Sequence record: SRR31156797_2537
DNA length: 38,028 nt
Strand: one strand, 5' to 3'
Made by a program: the position numbers and the translations under genes. The first letter of the stretch is position 1. The number at the start of each line of letters is the position of its first letter. Positions 17,648 through 27,100 of this stretch are shown in pieces. The notes under the pieces were generated by a model, which saw only the letters and a program-made list of their open reading frames with translations, was not told where the DNA came from and searched no databases.

Positions 17648-20161
17648 ATGGAACAGCATCAGACAGGTTTTTTCATTCTTCTTTTTGTAGTTCTCTCCTT
17701 ATTTACGGGGGCAGCACTACGCCATGCGCTTAAAAACATTGTTCTGCCCTATACCGTCGCTCTCCTTCTTCTGGGCCTTGGCCTAGGGTTAGCAGAACGG
17801 GGAGGAATGATCCCGGAAGAAGTTAAACTCCTTGGTCACACCCTGCAGTTGGTCACCAATATGGACCCTCACCTGATCATGTTTCTCTTTCTGCCCACCC
17901 TGATCTTTGAATCAGCTTTTGCCATGGAGGTCCACCTCTTTCGTCGAACCTTTCTCCAGATTGCGATCCTGGCGGTTCCCGGTCTGATGGTCAGTACGCT
18001 CCTGACTGCCGCACTTGCCAAATTTCTTTTCCCCTGGGACTGGAGCTGGACCGCTGCTCTCCTCTTCGGCTCTTTGATCAGTGCTACGGATCCAGTGGCC
18101 GTGGTCGCCTTGCTCAAGGAGCTGAGCTCCCGTAAACGATTGGAAACCATCCTGGAAGGAGAATCACTGCTCAACGACGGCACTGCCATTGTAATCTTCA
18201 CCCTTTTTTATCACCTCATGACCGGTGACAACCAGCAAGAAATTTCCTGGGCACTCTTGCCGACTATCGGCTGGGAATTCATCTGGGGGGTGAGTATGGG
18301 GCTGCTGGTTGGTTTGTCTTTTGGCGCCCTGGCCATAGTGTTCCTTGGCAAAATCTACAAAGATGCCATGGTGGAGATCACCCTTTCCATCACCGTTGCC
18401 TATCTGGCATTCCTGACTGCTGAAAGCGTTCTTCATGTCTCTGGTGTCGTTGCGGTGGTCACCCTAGCACTTCTGCTTGCAGGTGTCGGCCGAACCAGAA
18501 TTTCACCGGAAATTGCAGGGTTCCTCCATCACTTCTGGAAGGTAATGGCTTATCTGGCCAACACCCTCATCTTTCTCTTGGTTGGCCTCATTATCGCCCT
18601 TCGAGTTGAGTTGGATTCACTGGCAGCATGGAAAGCCCTGTTTTTATTTTTTGGTGGTATTCTCTTGATCCGCGGCAGCTCTACCTTGCTCTTTCTTCCC
18701 ATTTTAAGACACATCGGTATCGGTATTACTCTCCAAAAGGCAACGGTCCTTATCTGGGGAGGCTTACGCGGGGCTGTTGCACTTACCTTGGCGCTCATTA
18801 TCTCTCAGGACCAACGCATTCCAACAGAATTCGGAGAACAGATTCTGTTTATGACCGCAGGGATCGTTGTTCTTACCCTGTTGATTAACGGCACAACCAT
18901 GCCCCTTGTATTGCGTTGGCTTGGCCTTGATAAACTTCCCCCAGGAAAACAGGCCACCGTTGACCAGGCACGACTGCGCATCGAACGTGACATGACTGGT
19001 CTGTTACCAAGCCTGAAGCAGAATCGATTCTTTCAGGGGGCCGACTGGAACCTGATTGGCCAAAACATTTTTCCCAAAAAAACATCACACCAGGCCACTC
19101 CTTCTCCAACGGCTGAAGCCAGCACCGAGGAACTCGGTTATGAGTTCAAACGGCGGCTCCTGGAAGCAGAGCGAAAAAATTACTGGTCGCAATTTCAGCT
19201 GGGAATACTTGGAGGGGCTGCCACCAATATCCTCCTCGATGCGGCGGAGCGCGCCCTTGACGAAGCACCAACCATTTCTCCACGGCCAACGCTCTACAAA
19301 TTATGGGAGATCCCAATGTTCTTCCGTTGGCTGGAAAGAATCCCCTTGATCCACCATATTGTTCTCTCCGGATCTTTTGATCGTTTGGCACTGAATTACG
19401 ATGTTGCTCGAGGGTTTATTCATGCCTTGAATAATTATTCGGAGCTGATTGATCGCCTTGCTCCCACTGCCCAACTTGCTGCATCGGTGCGGGCGGAGGT
19501 ACTCACTAACAAGCGAGTTACCTATGAACGCATAGAACAGTTACGCCATGCCTTTCCCGAGGTGATCGTCGCTCTGGAAACCAGGGCAGCATCACGTTCC
19601 CTCCTCAACCGCCAAAGAGCGACCATCGAGGAACTGCTGGACGATGGCCTCCTGGACAGGGCTGAAGCCGATAAAATGCTCGATGATGTGGAGGCAGGGC
19701 TCAAGCAGCTCCATCTTACCCCCACCAGAATAGAGGTTCCGTCACCGCAAGAAATACTTTCCAGGGCCAACTGGCTGGCAGAAGTCACCCCTGAAACGCG
19801 GGACCGTTTACTGGCCTCTACAGATATCTGCATCTATGCTGATGGGGATACCCTTTATCAGATGGAAGAAACAGAGGGCTCGCTAGCCCTAATCGCTCGA
19901 GGTGTGGTTGAGCAAATCGGGACAACAGGTGGTACTGACAACGAAAGCACGGAAGATGTTTTAGGACCTGGTTCTGTACTTGGGATCTATAATATTCTTA
20001 CCGGAAAGAATGATACGACCGTTCGCGCCCAGGGACCTGTGGAAATAATCTGGTTTCATCGCTCCACGGTGGTTGCGCTGGTTCACCAAGATCCCCTCTT
20101 CCTGAAAAGCCTTAATCGCCTCTATGACGAAAAGCAGTGCAACTATGGGGTACCAGAATAA
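17648..20161 (+). CDS. CPA1 Na+/H+ antiporter with long cytoplasmic tail and cNMP-binding-like domain (SOS1-like)
   Basis: 'FLPTLIFESA', 'SATDPVAV', 'EGESLLNDG', 'WGGLRGAV'; C-terminal CNBD-like 'GDTLY...IARGVVE...GPGSVLG'. ATG 17648 after AGGAG. Confidence 0.88.
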   Translation: MEQHQTGFFILLFVVLSLFTGAALRHALKNIVLPYTVALLLLGLGLGLAERGGMIPEEVKLLGHTLQLVTNMDPHLIMFLFLPTLIFESAFAMEVHLFRRTFLQIAILAVPGLMVSTLLTAALAKFLFPWDWSWTAALLFGSLISATDPVAVVALLKELSSRKRLETILEGESLLNDGTAIVIFTLFYHLMTGDNQQEISWALLPTIGWEFIWGVSMGLLVGLSFGALAIVFLGKIYKDAMVEITLSITVAYLAFLTAESVLHVSGVVAVVTLALLLAGVGRTRISPEIAGFLHHFWKVMAYLANTLIFLLVGLIIALRVELDSLAAWKALFLFFGGILLIRGSSTLLFLPILRHIGIGITLQKATVLIWGGLRGAVALTLALIISQDQRIPTEFGEQILFMTAGIVVLTLLINGTTMPLVLRWLGLDKLPPGKQATVDQARLRIERDMTGLLPSLKQNRFFQGADWNLIGQNIFPKKTSHQATPSPTAEASTEELGYEFKRRLLEAERKNYWSQFQLGILGGAATNILLDAAERALDEAPTISPRPTLYKLWEIPMFFRWLERIPLIHHIVLSGSFDRLALNYDVARGFIHALNNYSELIDRLAPTAQLAASVRAEVLTNKRVTYERIEQLRHAFPEVIVALETRAASRSLLNRQRATIEELLDDGLLDRAEADKMLDDVEAGLKQLHLTPTRIEVPSPQEILSRANWLAEVTPETRDRLLASTDICIYADGDTLYQMEETEGSLALIARGVVEQIGTTGGTDNESTEDVLGPGSVLGIYNILTGKNDTTVRAQGPVEIIWFHRSTVVALVHQDPLFLKSLNRLYDEKQCNYGVPE

Positions 20162-20163
20162 TC

Positions 20164-20313
20164 GAAAATTTTGTTCAAGATCAGGTAAAAGCAGACTCAG
20201 GAAGATTGGACGAAAATGTCAGTATTCAAGGTGCCCTGAGCAGAATCGACGGCCAGACCATCGCCTTCCCCGGAAAATAGTTACCCTTGATTGAACGAGA
20301 ATTTCAACAGCCT
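20164..20313. mobile_element. Degenerate MITE-like element
   Basis: Left GAAAATTTTGTTCAAGATCAGG resembles the reverse complement of the right end (AGGCTGTTGAAATTCTCGTTCAATCAAGG); about 150 bp, non-coding. Confidence 0.45.
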
Positions 20314-20725
20314 GTATGGTTAAATCAACACGCCGAGGCTTTATTTTTGTAACTGTCAGATCGATGATCCGGCATCAATATCGATTTGCCCCTATACCAC
20401 CCCTGTACCCTCTGAAGGGCACATACCAATAAAAATAAAGTGATACGTCCCCTCATTCTCCCGAGGATTGCCCGCTAATATGCACATAAGCATAAAAACT
20501 CTATATTTCATAATCCTAGTACCCTATTCATGTGCACAAAAGACTGTTTCTTTGCGGTTAAATCACCTGAATGTGTATAGGATATAAATCAAGCGCATTC
20601 GAAGCCACATCAATGGCAGCAAAAAAAGGTACAATGATATCAATTATTCCTATTCAAAATAGCATAGTATATGCTCTCACAGGGCATAACTTGTGTAATA
20701 ATATTTACTTACGCAGGAAAAAAAG

Positions 20726-21199
20726 ATGAAGCAGCTTGAAGAAAATATTCTCGCAGATATCGCAGAGGTGCTCGCCTCTCAGCACCTTGCAGTTTTATCA
20801 ACCCAAAGAGACGGCCAGCCATATTCGAGTTTAATGGCGTTCGCCTACACCCCAGACTTGGCAACATTTATCGTAGCAACAGGTTCTGCCACACGAAAAT
20901 ACGTCAACCTTATGGGAGAATCCCGGGTATCTCTCCTCGTTGATTCACGCAGCAACTGTGAAACTGACTTTCATGTTGCAGCCGCGATCACTGTAATCGG
21001 CAATGCTACACCTGTGCCCCCTGAAAAAAGGGCACAATATGAGACCCTCTACCGCAGACAGCACCCCTACCTAAAGGCCTTTGTGGCATCGCCCACCACT
21101 GTCCTGTTTAAAATTGCGATTAGCCACTATATCCTTGTTAACCGGTTTCAAAACGTCATGGAGTATCACCTGACCGATGAAAAAGATATTTTTGCTTGA
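20726..21199 (+). CDS. Pyridoxamine 5'-phosphate oxidase-like (split-barrel flavin-binding) protein
   Basis: 'AVLST...QPYSSLMAF', 'TRKYVNL...SRVSLLVD'. Confidence 0.85.
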   Translation: MKQLEENILADIAEVLASQHLAVLSTQRDGQPYSSLMAFAYTPDLATFIVATGSATRKYVNLMGESRVSLLVDSRSNCETDFHVAAAITVIGNATPVPPEKRAQYETLYRRQHPYLKAFVASPTTVLFKIAISHYILVNRFQNVMEYHLTDEKDIFA

Positions 21200-23387
21200 T
21201 CAACTCAAAAGCGACAAACCCGCGCTTATCGGCGGCAAGGGCTCTGGCCTGCTTGCACTGCAACAGGCAGGAGTTCTGGTTCCCAAAACCGTGATTATTA
21301 CAAGTGAGGTATACAACTGTTTTCTCGACACCCAAGGATTGCGCGAAAGGGTCGCCCTTGAGCTCAACAGGAAAATTTTAGCTGACATGAGGTGGGAGGA
21401 AATCTGGGACACTGCCCTGCGGATAAAAAACCTTTTCTTAACAACTCCAATGTCCCCGCAGTTGACAGATGAACTCAGCAGCTTCCTCAGCCATGCATTT
21501 ACAAACACTCAAGTGGCTGTTCGATCATCATCTCTTGATGAAGACCAGGCAGCAGCCTCCTTCGCCGGTCTCCATGAATCTTACCTCAATATCCCGGTAA
21601 GTAACGTCATAGATCACGTAAAGAAAGTGTGGGCATCATTGTGGTCCGACAAAGCCCTACTGTATAGACAAGAACTAGGGCTCTCGGTTGAAACAAGCAG
21701 CATGGCTGTAATCATTCAGCAAATGATCGACAGTGATGTTGCCGGTGTCTGCTTCACCAGGGACCCGCTCCATTCCAATGCCATGGTAGTGGAAGCGGTG
21801 TATGGGTTGAACCAAGGTCTGGTAGATGGTGAGATTGAGCCTGACCGTTGGTTTCTCTCCCGGGAAAGCGGCGAAATCAGCCAGCATACCACGCCAGTAC
21901 ATCGCCAGCAGAAAGCAGCAGACCCTGCAGCCGTTATCACCGAGGAGCAGCACCCCGATGCTCTCATGACACCCTCTCCCTTAACAACGGTTCAACTCAA
22001 GACATTGTGGCAAACATGTCTTCAGCTTGAATTAAAAATGCATCAATCGCTTGACATCGAATGGACCTTTTTCAATGGTCAGCTCTATATGCTTCAAGCT
22101 CGCCCGATTTCAACCCTGAGTAACACGACCAGACAGGATAAACGTCCCTGGTATTTGAGCCTGCACAGAAGCTACGCCAACCTGGTCGACCTGCGGCACA
22201 CCATTGAACAAAAGATACTGCCGACAATGGACAGGGAGGCAGCAGATTTTTCACAAATAGATGTAACGGCACTGGACAACAAGAAACTTGCAAAAGAAAT
22301 ACTGCAGCGTATGGCACGAAGTGCCCATTGGTCAAAGGTCTACTGGCAGGATTGTATTCCATTTGCACACGGCGTACGTCTTTTGGGAGATGTGTACAAT
22401 GAACGGCTTCTCCCGGATGCCCCCTATGAGTTCGTGCTGTTATTGCGTCAAGAAAAAATGCTCAGTACCACCAGAAACACACTTCTGCAGCAACTGGCAG
22501 CAAGGATAAAAAATGACACGCTCCTCAAAAGCGAGCTCGAGTCTCAAGGATTGAAGGCTGTGAGCAACGCCACATTCCGGAAAAAGTTTATGGAACTTAT
22601 CGAAAAGTTTGGTTTTTTCCTCCCGAATAATGGCGGCAAAGATCTCGATACGATAGACTTGGTCACAAAGATTGTGCTGGAATATGCTCAGGCACTACCA
22701 AAAAACATACAAATATCAAAATCACAACGTGATCAGCTCGAACAACTTTTTTTAGACCGTATGGTTGACTCCGGGTATTCTTTTGACGGTAAACAATTGC
22801 TTGATCTTGCCCGGGCCAGTTACAGGATTCGTGATGATGACAATATCTACCTGGGCAAGATAGAGCAGCAAGCGATGGCAGCAGTGGATGAAGGCCGAAA
22901 AAGATTAACAGCCGATCATGGAACGGTACTCGACCCTGCAACCACCCCCGAAGAAATTGCAGCCCTGCTCATGAACGGTTCACGGCCAATACAACACCCA
23001 CCAAAAATCAGGCATACTGGTGATACTCAGAATCCGAGCAGTATTCGCCCCAGACAGATGATTGGCCAGCCTGCTTCCCAAGGGATAGCGCGAGGTCAAG
23101 CCCGCATTATTCGCAGTCCCGAAGACCTGATGACATTTAAGACAGGAGAGATCCTGGTGATTGATAGTATTGACCCCAACATGACCTTTGTCGTTCCGCT
23201 TGCAGCAGCAATTGTTGAACAAAGGGGCGGCATGCTGATCCACGGTGCTATCATTGCAAGAGAATACGGCATCCCCTGTATTACCGGTATTACCGACGCC
23301 CTCAAGTTAATCAAAACAGGTAACCACGTTACGGTTGATGGGTATCTGGGTATTGTAACGGTTGCCAAGGGAAAACGCTCTAACTGA
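21177..23387 (+). CDS. PEP-synthase-like dikinase with rifampin-phosphotransferase-type domain order
   Basis: N-terminal ATP-grasp 'GGKG', 'VRSS..DED....SFAG', 'DIEW', 'LQARPI'; C-terminal swivel domain 'GGMLIHGAIIAREYGIP', 'VDG..G'. Confidence 0.85.
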   Translation: MKKIFLLDQLKSDKPALIGGKGSGLLALQQAGVLVPKTVIITSEVYNCFLDTQGLRERVALELNRKILADMRWEEIWDTALRIKNLFLTTPMSPQLTDELSSFLSHAFTNTQVAVRSSSLDEDQAAASFAGLHESYLNIPVSNVIDHVKKVWASLWSDKALLYRQELGLSVETSSMAVIIQQMIDSDVAGVCFTRDPLHSNAMVVEAVYGLNQGLVDGEIEPDRWFLSRESGEISQHTTPVHRQQKAADPAAVITEEQHPDALMTPSPLTTVQLKTLWQTCLQLELKMHQSLDIEWTFFNGQLYMLQARPISTLSNTTRQDKRPWYLSLHRSYANLVDLRHTIEQKILPTMDREAADFSQIDVTALDNKKLAKEILQRMARSAHWSKVYWQDCIPFAHGVRLLGDVYNERLLPDAPYEFVLLLRQEKMLSTTRNTLLQQLAARIKNDTLLKSELESQGLKAVSNATFRKKFMELIEKFGFFLPNNGGKDLDTIDLVTKIVLEYAQALPKNIQISKSQRDQLEQLFLDRMVDSGYSFDGKQLLDLARASYRIRDDDNIYLGKIEQQAMAAVDEGRKRLTADHGTVLDPATTPEEIAALLMNGSRPIQHPPKIRHTGDTQNPSSIRPRQMIGQPASQGIARGQARIIRSPEDLMTFKTGEILVIDSIDPNMTFVVPLAAAIVEQRGGMLIHGAIIAREYGIPCITGITDALKLIKTGNHVTVDGYLGIVTVAKGKRSN

Positions 23388-23531
23388 ACCAACAAAGGCT
23401 CCTTCACATCATTCCAACCTGTCTCCCTTGTCAACATATGCTCAGAGATTTACTTGCACACTGACAAGCGTTATTATATGCTTGAATTTATTATCCATTG
23501 TGACCAATACCATATTCACGAAGGTGCCCCT

Positions 23532-24053
23532 TTGAAAAAGAAACTGCAACTCCTCTTTTGCCTTCTTCTTGGCGGCTGCACAGGACTACCAGACAATACA
23601 GTTCCCATCGAAAACTTTGATCTCAGTCGCTATCTGGGCACTTGGTATGAAATTGCCCGATTGGATCACTCTTTTGAACGCGGCCTCACCGATGTTACAG
23701 CAGTATATACTATGGCAGAAAATGGTACCATCCGGGTTGTAAACCGTGGCTACTCTCCACAAAGCAACAAGTGGAAAACCGCTGAAGGGGTAGCCAAATT
23801 TGTCCAGTCCACGGATATCGGCCACCTCAAAGTGAGTTTTTTCGGCCCTTTTTACGGGTCCTACATCATTCTGGATATCGACCAAATCGCCTATCAATAC
23901 GCCCTTGTCTGTGGCCCTAACGAGGACTACCTCTGGATTCTTTCCAGGGAACCGACAATTGACAAAGTGCTGCTATCACGGTTGACATCCCAGGCTCAAG
24001 CAATGGGTTTTCCAACCGAAGACCTTATTTTCGTGTCCCATACCGTAAAATGA
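23532..24053 (+). CDS. blc: Bacterial lipocalin lipoprotein
   Basis: Lipobox 'LGGC'; 'YLGTWYEIARLDHSFERG', 'LKVSFFGPFYG', 'YLWILSR'. Start probably TTG 23532. Confidence 0.9.
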   Translation: MKKKLQLLFCLLLGGCTGLPDNTVPIENFDLSRYLGTWYEIARLDHSFERGLTDVTAVYTMAENGTIRVVNRGYSPQSNKWKTAEGVAKFVQSTDIGHLKVSFFGPFYGSYIILDIDQIAYQYALVCGPNEDYLWILSREPTIDKVLLSRLTSQAQAMGFPTEDLIFVSHTVK

Positions 24054-24075
24054 CCGTGCCTTTGAGGACAGATGC

Positions 24076-25917
24076 ATGCATCAGGATGAAACGCTCATAA
24101 TCACGGCCAGTGCCTTTGCAGTGTGCGCCATGTGTCAATGGCTTGCATGGCGAGTTAAGCTTCCTGCAATAATCTTTCTCCTCCTTGCCGGAATCGCTGC
24201 CGGACCAGTACTCCATATATTCAACCCTGAACAGCTGATGGGACACTTGTTTTACCCTTTTGTCTCACTTAGTGTTGCCATCATCTTGTTTGAAGGCAGT
24301 CTCACCTTGAAGTTTAGGGACATTCTTGATCTCCAGGCAGTGCTGCGCAACATGCTTTCCATTGGCTTGCTCGTTACCTGGATTATCACCACCGTTGCTG
24401 CACGAGCAGCTACGGGAGTATCTTGGGAAATCGCCTCACTTTTTGGGGCCATCACAGTTGTCACCGGCCCGACCGTTATTGCACCGCTACTGCGTTCAGT
24501 CAGGCCTACAGCTCCAGTGGCCAATATCCTCCGCTGGGAAGGCATTGTTATCGACCCCATTGGTGCTTCTTTCTCTGTTCTTGTCTATGAATTTATTATT
24601 TCCGGCGGAGGCCAGCCAGCATGGGAAAACACCTTGCTCGTTTTTGCAAAAATTCTCATCATCGGGCTCTGCACCGGAATCGCAGGCGGTTACCTTTTCG
24701 GCCTGGCCCTACGACATCACTGGCTGCCCGATTTCCTACAAAATATCACCTCGCTCGGCCTTGTCTTTGGTTCTTTTGTCCTGGCCAACACTCTTCAACC
24801 GGAATCCGGCCTTATCACGGTGACGGTTCTTGGTATTTGGTTAGCAAACATGCGGGATGTTGACCTTGAGGCAATCCTTGCCTTCAAGGAAAATCTCAGT
24901 GTCCTGCTCATCTCCCTGCTTTTCATCATGCTGGCATCACGGCTTGAGATTGCCGCTTTCCAAGAAATTGGCTGGGGCCTGGTGCTTGTCTTCCTGGCGG
25001 TACAGTTTCTCGCCCGTCCACTTAACGTTATGATCTCATCCATTGGGTCACAGCTAACATTTCCGGAAAGAAACATACTTTCCTGGATAGCCCCCCGTGG
25101 CATTGTGGCTGCTTCCATTGCCTCACTTTTTGCCATCCGCCTCGATCAGGCTGGCTACGAAGACGCCCACCTCCTGGCACCATTAACCTTCACAATTATA
25201 GTTGGAACGGTACTTGTCCAGAGTTTCACTGCTCGTCCCATTGCCCGCTGGTTAAAAGTGGCAGAACCTGAACCACGCGGGTTCCTGATCATCGGAGCAA
25301 ATATTGTAGCAAGAAAAATAGCCAAAGCTTTTGCAGAGTGCGGTGTCAGGGTGGTTTTAGCCGACAATAGGCACGATGATATCCTCAAGGCGCAAGACCA
25401 GGGTTTGGAAACCTATCTCGGCAATCCGATTTCAGAACATGCTGACAGGCACATTAACCTGACCGGAATAGGACACATGCTCGCATTGTCACCCTACGAC
25501 AGTGTCAACATTGCTGCTGCAATGCACTATCAGATGGAATTTGGTAAGAATAATATTTTTTTGCTCCGCCCCCGACCCGAGAAAGCCCTTTCTTTTCCTT
25601 CCCCCAAAAAAGGGGTCCTGCTCTTTGCCAACGATATTACGTATGTCCATCTGGCCTACGCCCTTTTACGGGACGGCAGAATCATTACCTCGACCTACCA
25701 GCAAGAGGATAATCCCGCTTCAGCGGTACAACATGAGGCTGATCACAGCCTACCGCTGTTTATGATCGATGAAAACAAGGAAGTCCATCCTGTCAATGAG
25801 ATCGAAGACCTCAAACCTAAATCAGGTTGGACAGTTATAGCCCTTTCCAGTCGTGATGTAAAAGCAACGACACAGGTAAAGGAAGACTCCCTGGAATTGG
25901 AAGGAAAATCATTATAA
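24076..25917 (+). CDS. NhaP-type cation:proton antiporter with C-terminal NAD-binding-like (TrkA-N) domain
   Basis: 'ILFEG', 'VTGPTV..PL', 'WEGIVIDP', 'APRGIVAAS', 'LIIGAN..AR'. Confidence 0.9.
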   Translation: MHQDETLIITASAFAVCAMCQWLAWRVKLPAIIFLLLAGIAAGPVLHIFNPEQLMGHLFYPFVSLSVAIILFEGSLTLKFRDILDLQAVLRNMLSIGLLVTWIITTVAARAATGVSWEIASLFGAITVVTGPTVIAPLLRSVRPTAPVANILRWEGIVIDPIGASFSVLVYEFIISGGGQPAWENTLLVFAKILIIGLCTGIAGGYLFGLALRHHWLPDFLQNITSLGLVFGSFVLANTLQPESGLITVTVLGIWLANMRDVDLEAILAFKENLSVLLISLLFIMLASRLEIAAFQEIGWGLVLVFLAVQFLARPLNVMISSIGSQLTFPERNILSWIAPRGIVAASIASLFAIRLDQAGYEDAHLLAPLTFTIIVGTVLVQSFTARPIARWLKVAEPEPRGFLIIGANIVARKIAKAFAECGVRVVLADNRHDDILKAQDQGLETYLGNPISEHADRHINLTGIGHMLALSPYDSVNIAAAMHYQMEFGKNNIFLLRPRPEKALSFPSPKKGVLLFANDITYVHLAYALLRDGRIITSTYQQEDNPASAVQHEADHSLPLFMIDENKEVHPVNEIEDLKPKSGWTVIALSSRDVKATTQVKEDSLELEGKSL

Positions 25918-25984
25918 AAAAATAACCATGAGTATGGCTCCAGGCACCTGATTACAACTTCACCACCAAAGTAAAGGATTGCCC

Positions 25985-27046
25985 ATGAAACCAAACTTGA
26001 CACAGCAACAACCACCCTCTTTCAATCAAAAAGCGCTAAACATACTTGCGGTTTTTCTCGTCCTCTTTCTTCATCTCCCCACATTAGGGCGGGCAGCAGA
26101 CGATATTATTCACCCTCAGCCCTATCAACGGCAGATACTGCTTACCGGTTTTACCAGGGCCAAGCAAATCATCACTGTGAGCAGCGAGGTGGCGGGAAAA
26201 TGTCTCAAAGTATTTGTTGATAAAGGAGACAGCATCCCCCTCTCAGGTCAGCTGGCAGCTATTGACCCAACCTTTATAAACCTTGATATCCGCGCGAACA
26301 AGTTAGCCCAGGAAAAAATACAGCTGCAGCTTGCCAACGAAAGAAAGATACTAAAGCGCTACACCACTTTACACGGACAAAAATCAGTCCCCCAGGCCAC
26401 CCTTGACGAGGTCAGCCTTAATGCGGAATTACACCAGATCGCCTTAAAAAATCTTCGTAATGATCAATATCGTCTCGAGGAGCAACAGGCCAGGTATGTT
26501 ATACAGGCACCTTCCGGTTGGCAGGTTCTCGAACGATTGGTTGAGCCTGAAGAATTTGTGCAACCAGGACAGCCAATAGCACGTCTTGGAGACTATCGGC
26601 AGGTTATTGTTCCCCTTGCATTAAGTATCAACGAACTGGAATCTTTACGCCAAACAAAAGATATTGCACTGTTGGTACCCGACTTGAACACTACTCTCAG
26701 CGGTGAAATATATCGAATCTCACCGGGATTTGATGCAAAAACAAAAAAAGTTCCGGTTGAATTACTCCTTCAAGCGCAGAGCGGGCACACGTCAAAAATT
26801 CTTCGCGGTGGCCTCCGAGTGCAGCTGCACCTCAGTATCCAGGAAACAAGCAATGCCTTTCTCCTGCCGCTTTCAGCGATAATCCAGCGTTACGATGCAC
26901 ACTGGGTAGTCAAATCAGACGGACAGCGAGAAAAGGTTATTTTTCTTGGGACCTCTCAAGATGGGCTGTCTGGTATCATTTCCGCTAAAAAACTGACCAT
27001 AGATGACAAGCTGCTCAAAACCATACCAGAAGATTTCAAACATTGA
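25985..27046 (+). CDS. RND efflux periplasmic adaptor (MFP)
   Basis: N-terminal anchor, lipoyl halves 'SEVAGK...V.KGD' and 'I.AP..', coiled-coil hairpin; precedes the RND permease. Confidence 0.85.
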   Translation: MKPNLTQQQPPSFNQKALNILAVFLVLFLHLPTLGRAADDIIHPQPYQRQILLTGFTRAKQIITVSSEVAGKCLKVFVDKGDSIPLSGQLAAIDPTFINLDIRANKLAQEKIQLQLANERKILKRYTTLHGQKSVPQATLDEVSLNAELHQIALKNLRNDQYRLEEQQARYVIQAPSGWQVLERLVEPEEFVQPGQPIARLGDYRQVIVPLALSINELESLRQTKDIALLVPDLNTTLSGEIYRISPGFDAKTKKVPVELLLQAQSGHTSKILRGGLRVQLHLSIQETSNAFLLPLSAIIQRYDAHWVVKSDGQREKVIFLGTSQDGLSGIISAKKLTIDDKLLKTIPEDFKH

Positions 27047-27100
27047 TGCAGCATAATTCTCCATACCTGCATTTTCTTAGACACCAGAGATAAAACGACC

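Noticed and set aside
21177-23387. Calling the dikinase ppsA or rph
   Set aside because: Lacks the C-terminal pyruvate-binding barrel of PpsA, and its middle domain is shorter than and not recognisably that of rifampin phosphotransferase.
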